From IMG/VR virus record IMGVR_UViG_3300038465_000091, positions 62,001-126,000 of that record: 64,000 nt of DNA. The stretch is one strand, 5' to 3'. Under the pieces are notes generated by a model that did not search any database, had not been told where the DNA came from, and saw nothing but the letters and a program-made list of their open reading frames with translations. Shown piece by piece: positions 28,059-38,100 of this stretch. Made by a program: the position numbers and the translations under genes. Each line of letters starts with the position of its first letter. The first letter of the stretch is position 1.

Positions 28059-28610
28059 ATGAAAAACACACGAGCACTATTGCTACTCGCTGTTCTAACA
28101 GTTATCCCGATCTTCGCTCAGGCTCAGGCCGTGGATACCGAAAAGGTGATCGCCATGTCACAGGCGGTTGCTCAGGCTGAGGGCTTTGGCGTACCACACA
28201 CGATTCCCACCCGTTATCACAACCCGGGAAATATCCGCAGCACTCGTAACGGACACCACTACGCGGGGCAAGTCGGACTCAACCATAGCGGCTACGTGAT
28301 CTTCAAGAATGATTCTTACGGCTGGCGGGCTCTTCGTGAGCAGCTTACCTTGATGGCATCGGGGCAGTCAGCCCACTATGGCGTTGACATGACCATCACA
28401 CAGGTCGCCAAGCGATACGCGACAAACTGGCGGGTATGGGCAAAGAACGTTTCCAATCGACTCGACGTACCGCCGACCACCACCCTGCGGGCGTATTTCA
28501 CACCTGAGGAACCCGTGGCTCCGAGCATGGAGAACGTCGAGATCGCTCAGATTGATCTGAGCGACATCCTGAATGTCGCAATTTCACTCCCAGTTCTCTC
28601 GAAAAATTAG
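28059..28610 (+). CDS. Secreted lysozyme-like (NPGNIR-family) cell-wall hydrolase
   Basis: Signal peptide; AQAEG...YHNPGNIR...YVIF...GWRAL...RYA...WAKNV; own TGGTATAAT promoter. Confidence 0.65.
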   Translation: MKNTRALLLLAVLTVIPIFAQAQAVDTEKVIAMSQAVAQAEGFGVPHTIPTRYHNPGNIRSTRNGHHYAGQVGLNHSGYVIFKNDSYGWRALREQLTLMASGQSAHYGVDMTITQVAKRYATNWRVWAKNVSNRLDVPPTTTLRAYFTPEEPVAPSMENVEIAQIDLSDILNVAISLPVLSKN

Positions 28611-28632
28611 TATCATAGGGAAGAGGCATTAC

Positions 28633-28923
28633 ATGAAAGTGATCCGCACTGAGTTGCCGCCCGAGTTGCACGACTATTTGGTCTCCGTTGTTCGGCAGCA
28701 TTCGCTTGCTGGGCATGAGCCCGACGAGAGCATGATGCTTTTCCACCTGTGGGATTCCGTTACCAAGCGAGCACAGGTTGTCGAACTCGAAATGCCGAAA
28801 GCCACTACCGCACCAGTCCACCAGTCACCAAACGGTACGGTTCATTCGGACGGCTCCGTGGAAATGCGGACAGTTCAGGTTCCTAACCCACCAGCCGACG
28901 AGGATGATCTAGGGGATCGGTAA
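28633..28923 (+). CDS. Hypothetical protein
   Basis: GAGG RBS, 96 aa. Confidence 0.6.
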   Translation: MKVIRTELPPELHDYLVSVVRQHSLAGHEPDESMMLFHLWDSVTKRAQVVELEMPKATTAPVHQSPNGTVHSDGSVEMRTVQVPNPPADEDDLGDR

Positions 28924-29195
28924 TGCTGCCCCTTCTTCGCCTCTTCGTGTTGCACCACCTTCATCTCGTGATCGCAATGGACGCCGCGCTCCACGGTCTG
29001 ACCATCGGCTTGTCCATCCTTGCGTTGGTCTGGGTATTCAAACTCATCAAGGTGGTCAAGAACCAACCCAGTACAAGTTTAACCGCTTTGGTCACCGCCT
29101 ACTGCATGGTTCCAATTGTTCTATTCATAGTCATTGACACGTTCCGCAGTCTCTACGCTTGCGCTACCCAGTATCCGCAATGGTGGAATCGCTAA
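28923..29195 (+). CDS. Small membrane protein (holin candidate)
   Basis: Two hydrophobic segments; lies between two putative peptidoglycan hydrolase genes. Confidence 0.5.
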   Translation: MLPLLRLFVLHHLHLVIAMDAALHGLTIGLSILALVWVFKLIKVVKNQPSTSLTALVTAYCMVPIVLFIVIDTFRSLYACATQYPQWWNR

Positions 29196-29235
29196 TCCCC
29201 TGACTTTCAGCCTCTTTTACAGAGGATTGAAGGTC

Positions 29236-30021
29236 ATGCTAGATGATAAAAGTTTGTTGGAACTGTGCTTGCGAATATCGGGAGCTTTTGAGAACGGTTC
29301 TGGGTCCTCGTATACGGCGGTAAGCGGAAACTTTGACGGTATGGGTATAAGTTGTGGCTGTCTTCAATGGAACGCGGGGCAGGGCACCCTCCAGACCCTC
29401 GTCAAGAACATTGCCGCCGCCACGGGCTGGGATAAAGCCAAGACGTTCTTCTCCTCCGACATCCAGCAGTTCGCCTCGCTCCAGCCCGCCGCCGCCATTG
29501 CATGGGTTCAACAGCACTACCTCACGACAGGCAGCACGAACCTTGACCCCGGGGCAAAGGCTCGCTGGGTTAGCTTCCTGAATCAACCGGAGAGCGTAGA
29601 CGCTCAAGTTCAGATGGCGACTAATGGTGTCCTCGGTCACGCCAAGCGGGAAGTCGCGACCTACTGCTCCGATTACATCGACCGCAATCGCCCGTATGCA
29701 TTCTTCTTTGATCTCGTCACGCAGGAGGGCGGCATGACCGTGGGCAAGCAGACTGTTCCGCCAGTTCCCGTGGGAACCCTCCCCGATATTTCGGACGCCT
29801 TGAACTTCGCCAGCACGCACGACGCGATCTGCACCATGACGTGGAAGACCAACTCCAGCAGTGACCAGCTTGCCCAGCTTCTTCTGCACTACGCATACGC
29901 CCGCTCGATGTTCGCAAATCCTCAGTTTCAATGGGATACTTTGTCACGGCGGGGCACCATCGCGTGTCGCGGCGGGGTGGTTCACGAAGCTACGCTCGAC
30001 TTCACGTCGATCCTCGACTAG
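29236..30021 (+). CDS. Putative endolysin (lysozyme-like fold)
   Basis: SGAFE...GNFDGMGISCGCLQWNAGQGTLQ...FFDLVTQEGG...SRR motif. Confidence 0.65.
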   Translation: MLDDKSLLELCLRISGAFENGSGSSYTAVSGNFDGMGISCGCLQWNAGQGTLQTLVKNIAAATGWDKAKTFFSSDIQQFASLQPAAAIAWVQQHYLTTGSTNLDPGAKARWVSFLNQPESVDAQVQMATNGVLGHAKREVATYCSDYIDRNRPYAFFFDLVTQEGGMTVGKQTVPPVPVGTLPDISDALNFASTHDAICTMTWKTNSSSDQLAQLLLHYAYARSMFANPQFQWDTLSRRGTIACRGGVVHEATLDFTSILD

Positions 30022-30662
30022 AGCGCCACGTCCAAATACGCCAAATCTTGGGCAAAATCGATATTTACAACCATGTGGGATTGAGAAGAATCACCCGATA
30101 CGGGTATGCCGGGGGCGGGAGGGCTTCCGTCTATTATGGCTGGCGCTTGATTCCCAGCGTCAGGTGTGTAGATGATGCTGATGATGCCATCGGCATACGA
30201 TAGGCCCGAGGGCGTGAATCCCTGAACCGCCAATGCGGGTGTGGGGAGGAACGCCGCATAGTTGTTACTCATCATGTATTGATCCGCAAGACCGAACGTC
30301 ATCCACATCCTCAACTGATCTGCCTGCGGGACGGGCGTACTTTGCTCCACAATCGTCATAGCTACGGGAGAAAGCAGTATTAGACCATAGGCGGGGAATG
30401 CTGCCTGAAAGTCACGTGAAGGTTGTGGTCCCTGAGTGACAGCACAGACGCTTGGGTTGGCAAGTTCCAAGTACCACGAGGCGTATATCGGATTTGTCGG
30501 CGGCGAACCAACCAACTGCTGTATCCCGTTGAGGTATAAAGTCCCATCGGCGGCGAAACCGTAGTGGTTGTTGGTCGTCGGGTTGTAGAAGGAGTCGTTG
30601 TTGTACGCCTGAATCAGCGTTGTTGCGACGATGTTCTGATCGAGGTAGTCGTAATTCGCCAT
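30018..30662 (-). CDS. Hypothetical virion-type protein (inverted orientation)
   Basis: 214 aa, AGGA RBS, composition like neighbouring structural proteins. Confidence 0.7.
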   Translation of the reverse strand: MANYDYLDQNIVATTLIQAYNNDSFYNPTTNNHYGFAADGTLYLNGIQQLVGSPPTNPIYASWYLELANPSVCAVTQGPQPSRDFQAAFPAYGLILLSPVAMTIVEQSTPVPQADQLRMWMTFGLADQYMMSNNYAAFLPTPALAVQGFTPSGLSYADGIISIIYTPDAGNQAPAIIDGSPPAPGIPVSGDSSQSHMVVNIDFAQDLAYLDVAL

Positions 30663-30750
30663 GGGTATTCCTACAAAAGAAGAGAAAAGTCAAGTTCCGC
30701 GTTTTGTTTTATGTTTTCCGACTATTGTTGCTCTTCCTTAGGGGTACATT

Positions 30751-31224
30751 ATGGGTACGGTTTCAAAGGACCTGAAAGGGCTACAATTTGGGCTTTTGAT
30801 TGTTCAACGTGAGGGTGAGCCTCAAGGGAAACACCACCTACCCGTATGGATATGTCGCTGCATCTGCGGGGTAGAAAAGCCTTTTCGCTACGACACTCTC
30901 CAAGACGGCAGGGCAAAAAGTTGTGGCTGCGCTACCCAAAGGTTTAGAAAAACAAAGCTCGAAAAACGCCACAGCCTCGTAAACCAGCGATTCGGACGGC
31001 TGTTCGTTCTTTGGCGGGTGGGGTCGGTGAAATATGGTAAAACGCCTTCTTCCCATTCTTTGTGGGAATGTAAATGCGATTGCGGAAAAATTGTCAAGGT
31101 CGCAGGCCGTTACCTGCGTGCGGGCACCAAGAAAAGTTGTGGTTGTTTGAAGAGAGACATGATTTATTTGATGCGTGAATTATCTAAACACGGATACTTG
31201 CAGTCGGCGATGGGGGCTCACTAA
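30751..31224 (+). CDS. Homing-endonuclease-associated protein with two DLxGxxFG...CxCxCG...SCGC repeats (no nuclease domain)
   Basis: KDLKGLQFGLL...WICRCICG...KSCGC and LVNQRFGRL...WECKCDCG...KSCGC. Confidence 0.75.
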   Translation: MGTVSKDLKGLQFGLLIVQREGEPQGKHHLPVWICRCICGVEKPFRYDTLQDGRAKSCGCATQRFRKTKLEKRHSLVNQRFGRLFVLWRVGSVKYGKTPSSHSLWECKCDCGKIVKVAGRYLRAGTKKSCGCLKRDMIYLMRELSKHGYLQSAMGAH

Positions 31225-34200
31225 TGTCTTCTACTTACGATTGGCAGAAAACGTATCCTACGGTTTGCAGTCGCACGTTAGACCCGACCGGGAAAAACCT
31301 GACGACTATCGTTGGTATGCACGACCGTCAAATCACCGACGCCGATATCAACCTCATTCAGGACCTTCAGGATTACAAACGCCAGCGACTCCTCAACGAT
31401 CAGGTCACCTCGGGGTGCTTGACCTACGTCCCCTTCCAGTTTGCGCCTTTGGTTTCGAACACGTTTTACGTTCCCGCCTTTGACATCCTTTTCAACGGTG
31501 AGGTAATCTCAATTCAAGGCAATAACTCATCCGCCTTGACGCTCAACGCGGTGACGCTACCCACACCCCCAGCTTGGTCTTCGGGCACGGCGGAAGAAGA
31601 CGCCAGATTGTACATCGCATTTGTCGAAGTTTGGTATCAGTCGTTGAACCCGCAGACGGGGCAAGGCTACTATATCGATCCTATTACGGGGTTGCGATTC
31701 TTTTACCCGTATGGCGGCGTCAATCCAGTCTCAACGAACGCCGAAATAGTTCCCGATGATTCAGTTGACCCCTTCCAAGGATTGTTCACCACCGAACGCG
31801 CCCAGATTCAGTGGCGTATCAATGTCCAGCGTGTGGGGCTCAACTACGACTTCACACAGTTTCAGTATGGTCTCGACCCATCGACGGCAACCAACCCCTA
31901 TGCTCGCATGGCGGTGTACGCGCAGGCGCTCCAGTCCGCCCCCAATACATCCTCTTCTATTTATCAATTCACGAACATGGGTCCGATCAACGGCGATACG
32001 GCGGTGTGGCGTGCTGGTGATGGTAACGTTTTCAATTCACTCGGTACCATGGATGGTTACAGTTACGCTTTCCCGCTCGCGATCATCTTTCAGAAAAACT
32101 CGGGCAACTTCGACATCGCCAACAATTTGTGGGGTTCCGCTAACTCTAATCCGCCCGCATACTGGCTAGCTTTGCCGTTTGCCCAGCAGGGTGTCAATGG
32201 TCTACTTTCGTCAGGCATCTCGGGCCGTTTCGATTCTCGTCTCGCCGATCAGATTTTCCAAGACAACGTGGTGGATACTCGTTCGACGATTAACCTCGCT
32301 GGTTGGGACATGGACGCTCTATGCCGCTACGGGTTTGGCGATCTCGTACAGGGTGAAACCCAACTTGCGATCTCTCGTGGAGATGCGGCGGTTTCCCCCG
32401 CCAACGCGGAAAATTGCGGCTCACGACTGAATTACTATGTTTCCATGGCTCCAGCGGGTATCATCAACACCAACACTATCGGTGCGTGGGATGGATTTTC
32501 AAATGGATTCAGTAGTGATCTTCGCACCTTCACATCGACCATTGCGGTTTCGACCAGCGGTAAATCTCTCGGCAACATCGGTCAGCCGTGGATTAGTGGA
32601 CCACCTCAAGGCGATGCATTCACGATTACCCTACCCGTCAACTCAACGGCAACCATCCAATCCGTTGCGGTGACCGCGCTGGTGACCAACCAATTGACGG
32701 GCGCTAATACGCCCGCCGCCTTGCTGAAGGGGCAGGTGACGATCAACGGTCTGGGCTCCAAGTCGGCGACCGTGCAGTTGACCGATGCGTTGGGCGGCAC
32801 CGCGTTTGATCCGGGTACAAACAATATTTACGCAACAGTTGGGGTCCAGTACCCCGCAGGATCGAACATCGATCTCCATCACGTCCCTTATGTGGTGGAC
32901 GGCGGTCAGTTGTTTGACAACTCTACAGGCATTACGATGCCCGTATATGGCGTTTCTGAATATCAAGTACAGTCGCCGCAACTTGCGTTGCAAGCACAGG
33001 CGGTTTGGGCAGTCAACCCCGAATACTCGGACACAGTGTTTGGCACTCGAATTTGGGTGCAAATTCCGGGCTCTTCGGGACAATCACAAACATTGGGCAC
33101 CCAGACGTATACAACATTCGTTATTTCTCGCATCGACCTCAATGAGTCAGTGAATGGCTTGTACGGCGTCAGTGCGTGGGATTCACAGGTAGGTCCGAGC
33201 GTACTTTACCCCATTTCAAATCGCGTGATGAACGGAAACAACTTTGTTCTGACGATCCAACAGGCGGTTCCCGCGTCATCCACGTTGGTCGTTGAATTCG
33301 TAGCACAAAATACCGCTCAGTTGGCCTACAACGCTCCCGTAAAGGGCGTCACTGAGATTGAGGAAACGGTTCTGTTTGGTAATTATACCGGACCTTTCTT
33401 TACGACCGACCAACGTGTGCAGGCGGTTTCGACGGTGTACAACGGCGCGATTGCAAACACCACCACGGTTATCTTGGCGGCTCAGCAGCCCAACATCAGC
33501 ACCCTATCGACTGGGTGCAGCATCAAAGGTATCTCGGGCGACGATACGGGGAATAGATTCATCTGGGTTTCCGATGGGGCTACGCCTACGTCAAACTTTA
33601 CCGCCATAACCATACCAGCAACCAGCATCACCATTAACAACGGTGTCGTTACCTTGGTTGTTCCGGGTAATCTATCGTCAAAGCAGTTTTTCTTCGTGGG
33701 ATCAATTCTTCCAGCATTTGATCCGCTCTCAAAGTTGATCGTTGAGATGCACTACATTCCGTATCAGGGCGAGGGCGTATTGAATCGTGATTATGAATTC
33801 TTACACGCCGAAGACAACGCTCTCATCACCACCAACGGCACTGGTTCCGCCCCCATTGTTGGATTGAAGGACATCTATCCTTACAATCGTGAACTACCGA
33901 TTGCAATCACTATGCCCGCTCAGCCCGGTTGGAGCGATGCTACGCTTGCCAATGCCCCGCTTGAAACGTTCTTTGATTCAAACTTCGTCGCCATGCGAGT
34001 AAACAACGTAGAGCACACGTTCTTGGCCCCACTACATACCAATGATTTCATCCCTCCGATCAATAGGGATATTCGTAAATCTGTGCGCTTCGTGGCTGCG
34101 GCCACAGGCGGCAGGGGCTTCGCGACGGCTGTGCCACATCTAGGCTTCGCTATTGCCCCGCCAACTGCCCGCACGGTATTAGGTGCGAACCTACAAACCA

Positions 34201-35132
34201 CCACTGCACCCATCACGTTGTACGTTAACAACGTCACTGGTCTCGACAGTAATAGCGGACTGTCGCTGGCTACGGCGAAGCTGACAATCCTATCCGCAAT
34301 GAATGAACTACCGCCCGTTCTTAGCTTCCCATGCGTCATCGAGCTTGCGGATACGGTAGTAGCCTACAACCTCACCAGTATCCAAAGCAGCGGTGGGCTG
34401 GAGGAAATTACGCTAGGAGATGGTGTGAGTGAAAGTCTCTTCGCGTTCGCTTTGGCTAACTTGTCCCGTGTAATACAGGGCGAGGGTCGTTTGGTCATCT
34501 CGATTCAATCAGGGTCGAGTAATCAGGCGGTCATCGACGCTACGGGGTTTGCGGGCACGGGCACTGGTCCGACGTATGCGTTCTACACCGATACAAGCCG
34601 CGTGATCTTTAACGGCATCATGTTCAAAGGGTTCCAAGACGCCGCGATCAAGGGTAGAAACGCCGACATTCAATTTGTGAATTGCAGTTGGACGGATAAT
34701 CTTCAAGCAGGTTCTTACGAAGAGGCGTGCGGCGTTGTCATCGACGGAGGCAGTATCACGCTGCCGAGTTCAGGTGTGGGGCACATCGGAACAGGCGGTA
34801 CAAGCATCAGTGCTACGAGTGTCAACATGCTTTTGGAGACGAGCCCCGCCGCTTTGAACACGGCTCCGTTCTTTGTAGTTGAGCGCGGATCGAACCTGAC
34901 ACTCATGACGCACGGTGTCAGCGGCTTGCAGGAAAATCTCCCGCAAGTATCTCCGTTCATTATCGTGGCTCAAGCGGAATTGAATAGTAGCGTTGTAGTT
35001 ACGGCAGATTTTCAAACTTGGGGAAGTTGCGTGCTTGAAGCAAATTCAGTCTTGGCTCAGACCGTTCAAACAAATTCGTTTCTCGGCGGCGTGATAGCGG
35101 ACGTTACGTCAAGTACGGTGACACAATTATAA
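31224..35132 (+). CDS. Large baseplate wedge/tail fibre protein with C-terminal beta-helix
   Basis: 1302 aa; DADINLIQD N-terminus; LYVNNVTGLDSNSGLS...TI pectin-lyase-like entry motif. Confidence 0.65.
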   Translation: MSSTYDWQKTYPTVCSRTLDPTGKNLTTIVGMHDRQITDADINLIQDLQDYKRQRLLNDQVTSGCLTYVPFQFAPLVSNTFYVPAFDILFNGEVISIQGNNSSALTLNAVTLPTPPAWSSGTAEEDARLYIAFVEVWYQSLNPQTGQGYYIDPITGLRFFYPYGGVNPVSTNAEIVPDDSVDPFQGLFTTERAQIQWRINVQRVGLNYDFTQFQYGLDPSTATNPYARMAVYAQALQSAPNTSSSIYQFTNMGPINGDTAVWRAGDGNVFNSLGTMDGYSYAFPLAIIFQKNSGNFDIANNLWGSANSNPPAYWLALPFAQQGVNGLLSSGISGRFDSRLADQIFQDNVVDTRSTINLAGWDMDALCRYGFGDLVQGETQLAISRGDAAVSPANAENCGSRLNYYVSMAPAGIINTNTIGAWDGFSNGFSSDLRTFTSTIAVSTSGKSLGNIGQPWISGPPQGDAFTITLPVNSTATIQSVAVTALVTNQLTGANTPAALLKGQVTINGLGSKSATVQLTDALGGTAFDPGTNNIYATVGVQYPAGSNIDLHHVPYVVDGGQLFDNSTGITMPVYGVSEYQVQSPQLALQAQAVWAVNPEYSDTVFGTRIWVQIPGSSGQSQTLGTQTYTTFVISRIDLNESVNGLYGVSAWDSQVGPSVLYPISNRVMNGNNFVLTIQQAVPASSTLVVEFVAQNTAQLAYNAPVKGVTEIEETVLFGNYTGPFFTTDQRVQAVSTVYNGAIANTTTVILAAQQPNISTLSTGCSIKGISGDDTGNRFIWVSDGATPTSNFTAITIPATSITINNGVVTLVVPGNLSSKQFFFVGSILPAFDPLSKLIVEMHYIPYQGEGVLNRDYEFLHAEDNALITTNGTGSAPIVGLKDIYPYNRELPIAITMPAQPGWSDATLANAPLETFFDSNFVAMRVNNVEHTFLAPLHTNDFIPPINRDIRKSVRFVAAATGGRGFATAVPHLGFAIAPPTARTVLGANLQTTTAPITLYVNNVTGLDSNSGLSLATAKLTILSAMNELPPVLSFPCVIELADTVVAYNLTSIQSSGGLEEITLGDGVSESLFAFALANLSRVIQGEGRLVISIQSGSSNQAVIDATGFAGTGTGPTYAFYTDTSRVIFNGIMFKGFQDAAIKGRNADIQFVNCSWTDNLQAGSYEEACGVVIDGGSITLPSSGVGHIGTGGTSISATSVNMLLETSPAALNTAPFFVVERGSNLTLMTHGVSGLQENLPQVSPFIIVAQAELNSSVVVTADFQTWGSCVLEANSVLAQTVQTNSFLGGVIADVTSSTVTQL

Positions 35133-35141
35133 GGATCAAAA

Positions 35142-38100
35142 ATGCCTAATCCTCCAAATCTCGGTTACGTGGGTCCAGTATCGGCGCTCATTGACAACAA
35201 CAATGTCTTGACCGTTAGCTGGGTGCCGCCGACAGGTCCCGCTTACACAAATTGGGAAATCATCCTCAATGGGAACCCCACCGCGTCCATACCTGCTCCA
35301 TCCCCGTACACGGGAACGCCGCTGTTTTACACGACGACGTTGACCGCAGGCTCGTGGACGATGGACATGCTCACCAACATTGCGGGCAGTCCACCCCAGT
35401 CATTTGACTGGGAAGCGTATAACTCGACTCTTAACGTATGGCAGTCAGTTGCTCCTCCAACGGGATCGTATCTTGCCTTCCCCGACGCCATCCCTTCGGC
35501 GGATGTTGTATTCAGCAGCCTTACCCTCGAACTCGGGCAGCCCTTGACTCTTACGCTTCAGTCCGCGTACACGGGTGCCGATCAATGGCAGGTCCTCTGG
35601 CCTGATGGCTCGAACACGGGGTGGTTGCCACTCTCCGCATCTCTCCTGACTAAGCAGTTCTCGATCTCGGGTCCGTTGGACGTTGTAATTCAGTCCCGCA
35701 GACTTTACAACACTTCGTCAAACAGTCCAGCCGTCATTCTGATGCGGCAACTTACGGTTCAAATATTCGTTGTCGATCAGCAGTACACGGGGACGACCAC
35801 GACATCATCTTCCTTGACAGGCACGCTAGGTATCGGCGGTCAACAGGGATTTGAGATCACAGGCGCAACGGGCGTAGGCTCGGTCGCCAATCCATGGGAA
35901 GTGGCTGCTCGTGCGATTGTACGTGACACGGTTACTAACGAACTCAAGCTGCTCGTTGCGACGACTCGCTTCTCCAATGCTTCCTCCCTGCTGGGTACGA
36001 TGGGTATCGACGTATTCCCCATTGAAGGACGCCCAAAGATCAAGGAACTGATCCAGCCCGTTTACGAAAACAGCTTTAACTCACTTACATCTTCGGTCCC
36101 AGTAAACATCACGACAACGCAATTGCCGACAAGCATCTACGTCGGTAAGCCGATGGCCGAATTCCAAATGCAGGCATCGGGCGGCACTACGCCGTATGCT
36201 TGGTACACGGACGGCTTGCCTGATGGCTTGAAACTGAGCATTAACGGCGTACTGAGTGGAACCCCCTTGGCCTTAGGCACTGCCTCTATCAACTTTGCGG
36301 TGCAAGATTCCAGCGTGCCTTTCTATATTGCGGAAGCAGCATTCCCCATCACGATAAGTACCGATTTATTGGTGGAGCTTGCATTGGGTCAAACCGATGC
36401 TAACGGTAACCCGCTATCTCAGTTGGGCAATTCGCTTGGTATAGCGAAGATCGATGCGCCCTATTCCGTGCAGATGATAGTTGGAAACGTCAACCCAGCC
36501 AACCCAATTCCGGGTGGATTGCCGCCGTATACGTGGAGTATCCCCGCAGGTAGCCTACCTATCGGACTCAGCATCAATCCAAACACGGGACTGATCTCGG
36601 GCACTCCGAGCACATACAACTCGACCTCGGACTTTGGCAAGACATTCTCAGCGGTCATTCAGGTAACGGACGCTATCGGTGCCATCGCCACACAAACGTA
36701 TCAGATAACGTTGGAACCAGCCGTGCTCCAGTTCGGCAATCTCTCCCAACCAACTATTTACGCGGATCAGCAATTCAAACTGACGATTCCAATCTTTGGT
36801 GGGTTTTCGCCGTATTCGATCACGGCGGCAGGCTCAGGGTTCTTTCCAGCGGGGGGAACAAGCGCATACTACGGTCCAGTAACCCTCGTGGACGGGCAAA
36901 TTCAGGTCGATGTCAACTATCCAATTGCGGGCTCGTACTCGTTCATTGTTATCGCTCAGGACAGTCCGTCCCCCATTGGGTATGTGCCTGTAACACTTGC
37001 TCAGCAGGTTACGCGCCAATTCACCGTCGTTGTCGAGGCCGCTCTTAGCGATCCATTTCTCGTCCCAGCTTTCGTGGGCCATGTGTGGGGCTACGCAGAC
37101 ACGCAAGTGAACGGCGGCTATAAAGCAACGCCGATTGCCATAACCGGAGACTTCGCAGGTTTCACGCTCGGTGGAGTATTTGTCAGCCTGAATTCCGCCG
37201 CGCCAGCTTTCGGGGGCAACACCCTGTATACGGGCACACTCGGATTTTGTAGTGGGGGCGGAAACAATGCTTATTTGGGCAAGACTTTCGTTGTCTCGGG
37301 ATTCCAAAACCCGACGAACAACGGCACATTCCTGTGCACTGCGTCCGACACGACACACCTGACGTTGAACAATCCTAATGGCGTAGCGGAAACGATACCA
37401 GCCCTTGGCTACAGTTCATTTCTTACCACAGCTATCCCTACGCCCCTTCCAGCGGGCTCTACTGGCACGCCAGCTAGCCCCGTTGCCCCGTTTGCTTTAA
37501 CGACCTTGTATACGGGAACGGTTTTAGGCGGGGCGAATAACGCCCTTGTTGGACAAGATTTCATTGTCTCGGGATTCGCTCCTCTCTCGGGAAACAACGG
37601 TACATTCTACTGCGTAGGGTCCACCGCAGCCACCTTGACGCTGAGTAACCCAAACGGGACGAACGTGACCGTCCCTAGCACTGCGTACTCGTTAATCTCA
37701 GCAATCAGCGGGTCCGGAGCGGGGTCCCTCGTCACCGTTGAATTAGGTTCGGCGGCTAATTACGCCCTGCTCGCCTACAGTGGGATCACGAACGCTGATC
37801 CAGCGACCTCGATTTCGGGAGGTGTTATTGGCTCAGCCCCAATCATGAGCATCACGGGCTTTAATCCCCCTACGGCGACCGTAGACAACGCTGACGCTCC
37901 TGCGGCCCGTCTCGACGGTAACGCCGCGTTTGGTTATTATAGTGGCCTGACCCCAACTCAATCGAGTCTAAACAACTTGAGCACGAACAATGGCGGGGGC
38001 GGCGTAGGGGTTTATCGCGCTGGCATCTTCTCAGGCGGTGCTTTGGACATGCCTACCAGTATCACCCTTGATGCTCAGGGCAATGCGAACGCGGTCTTTG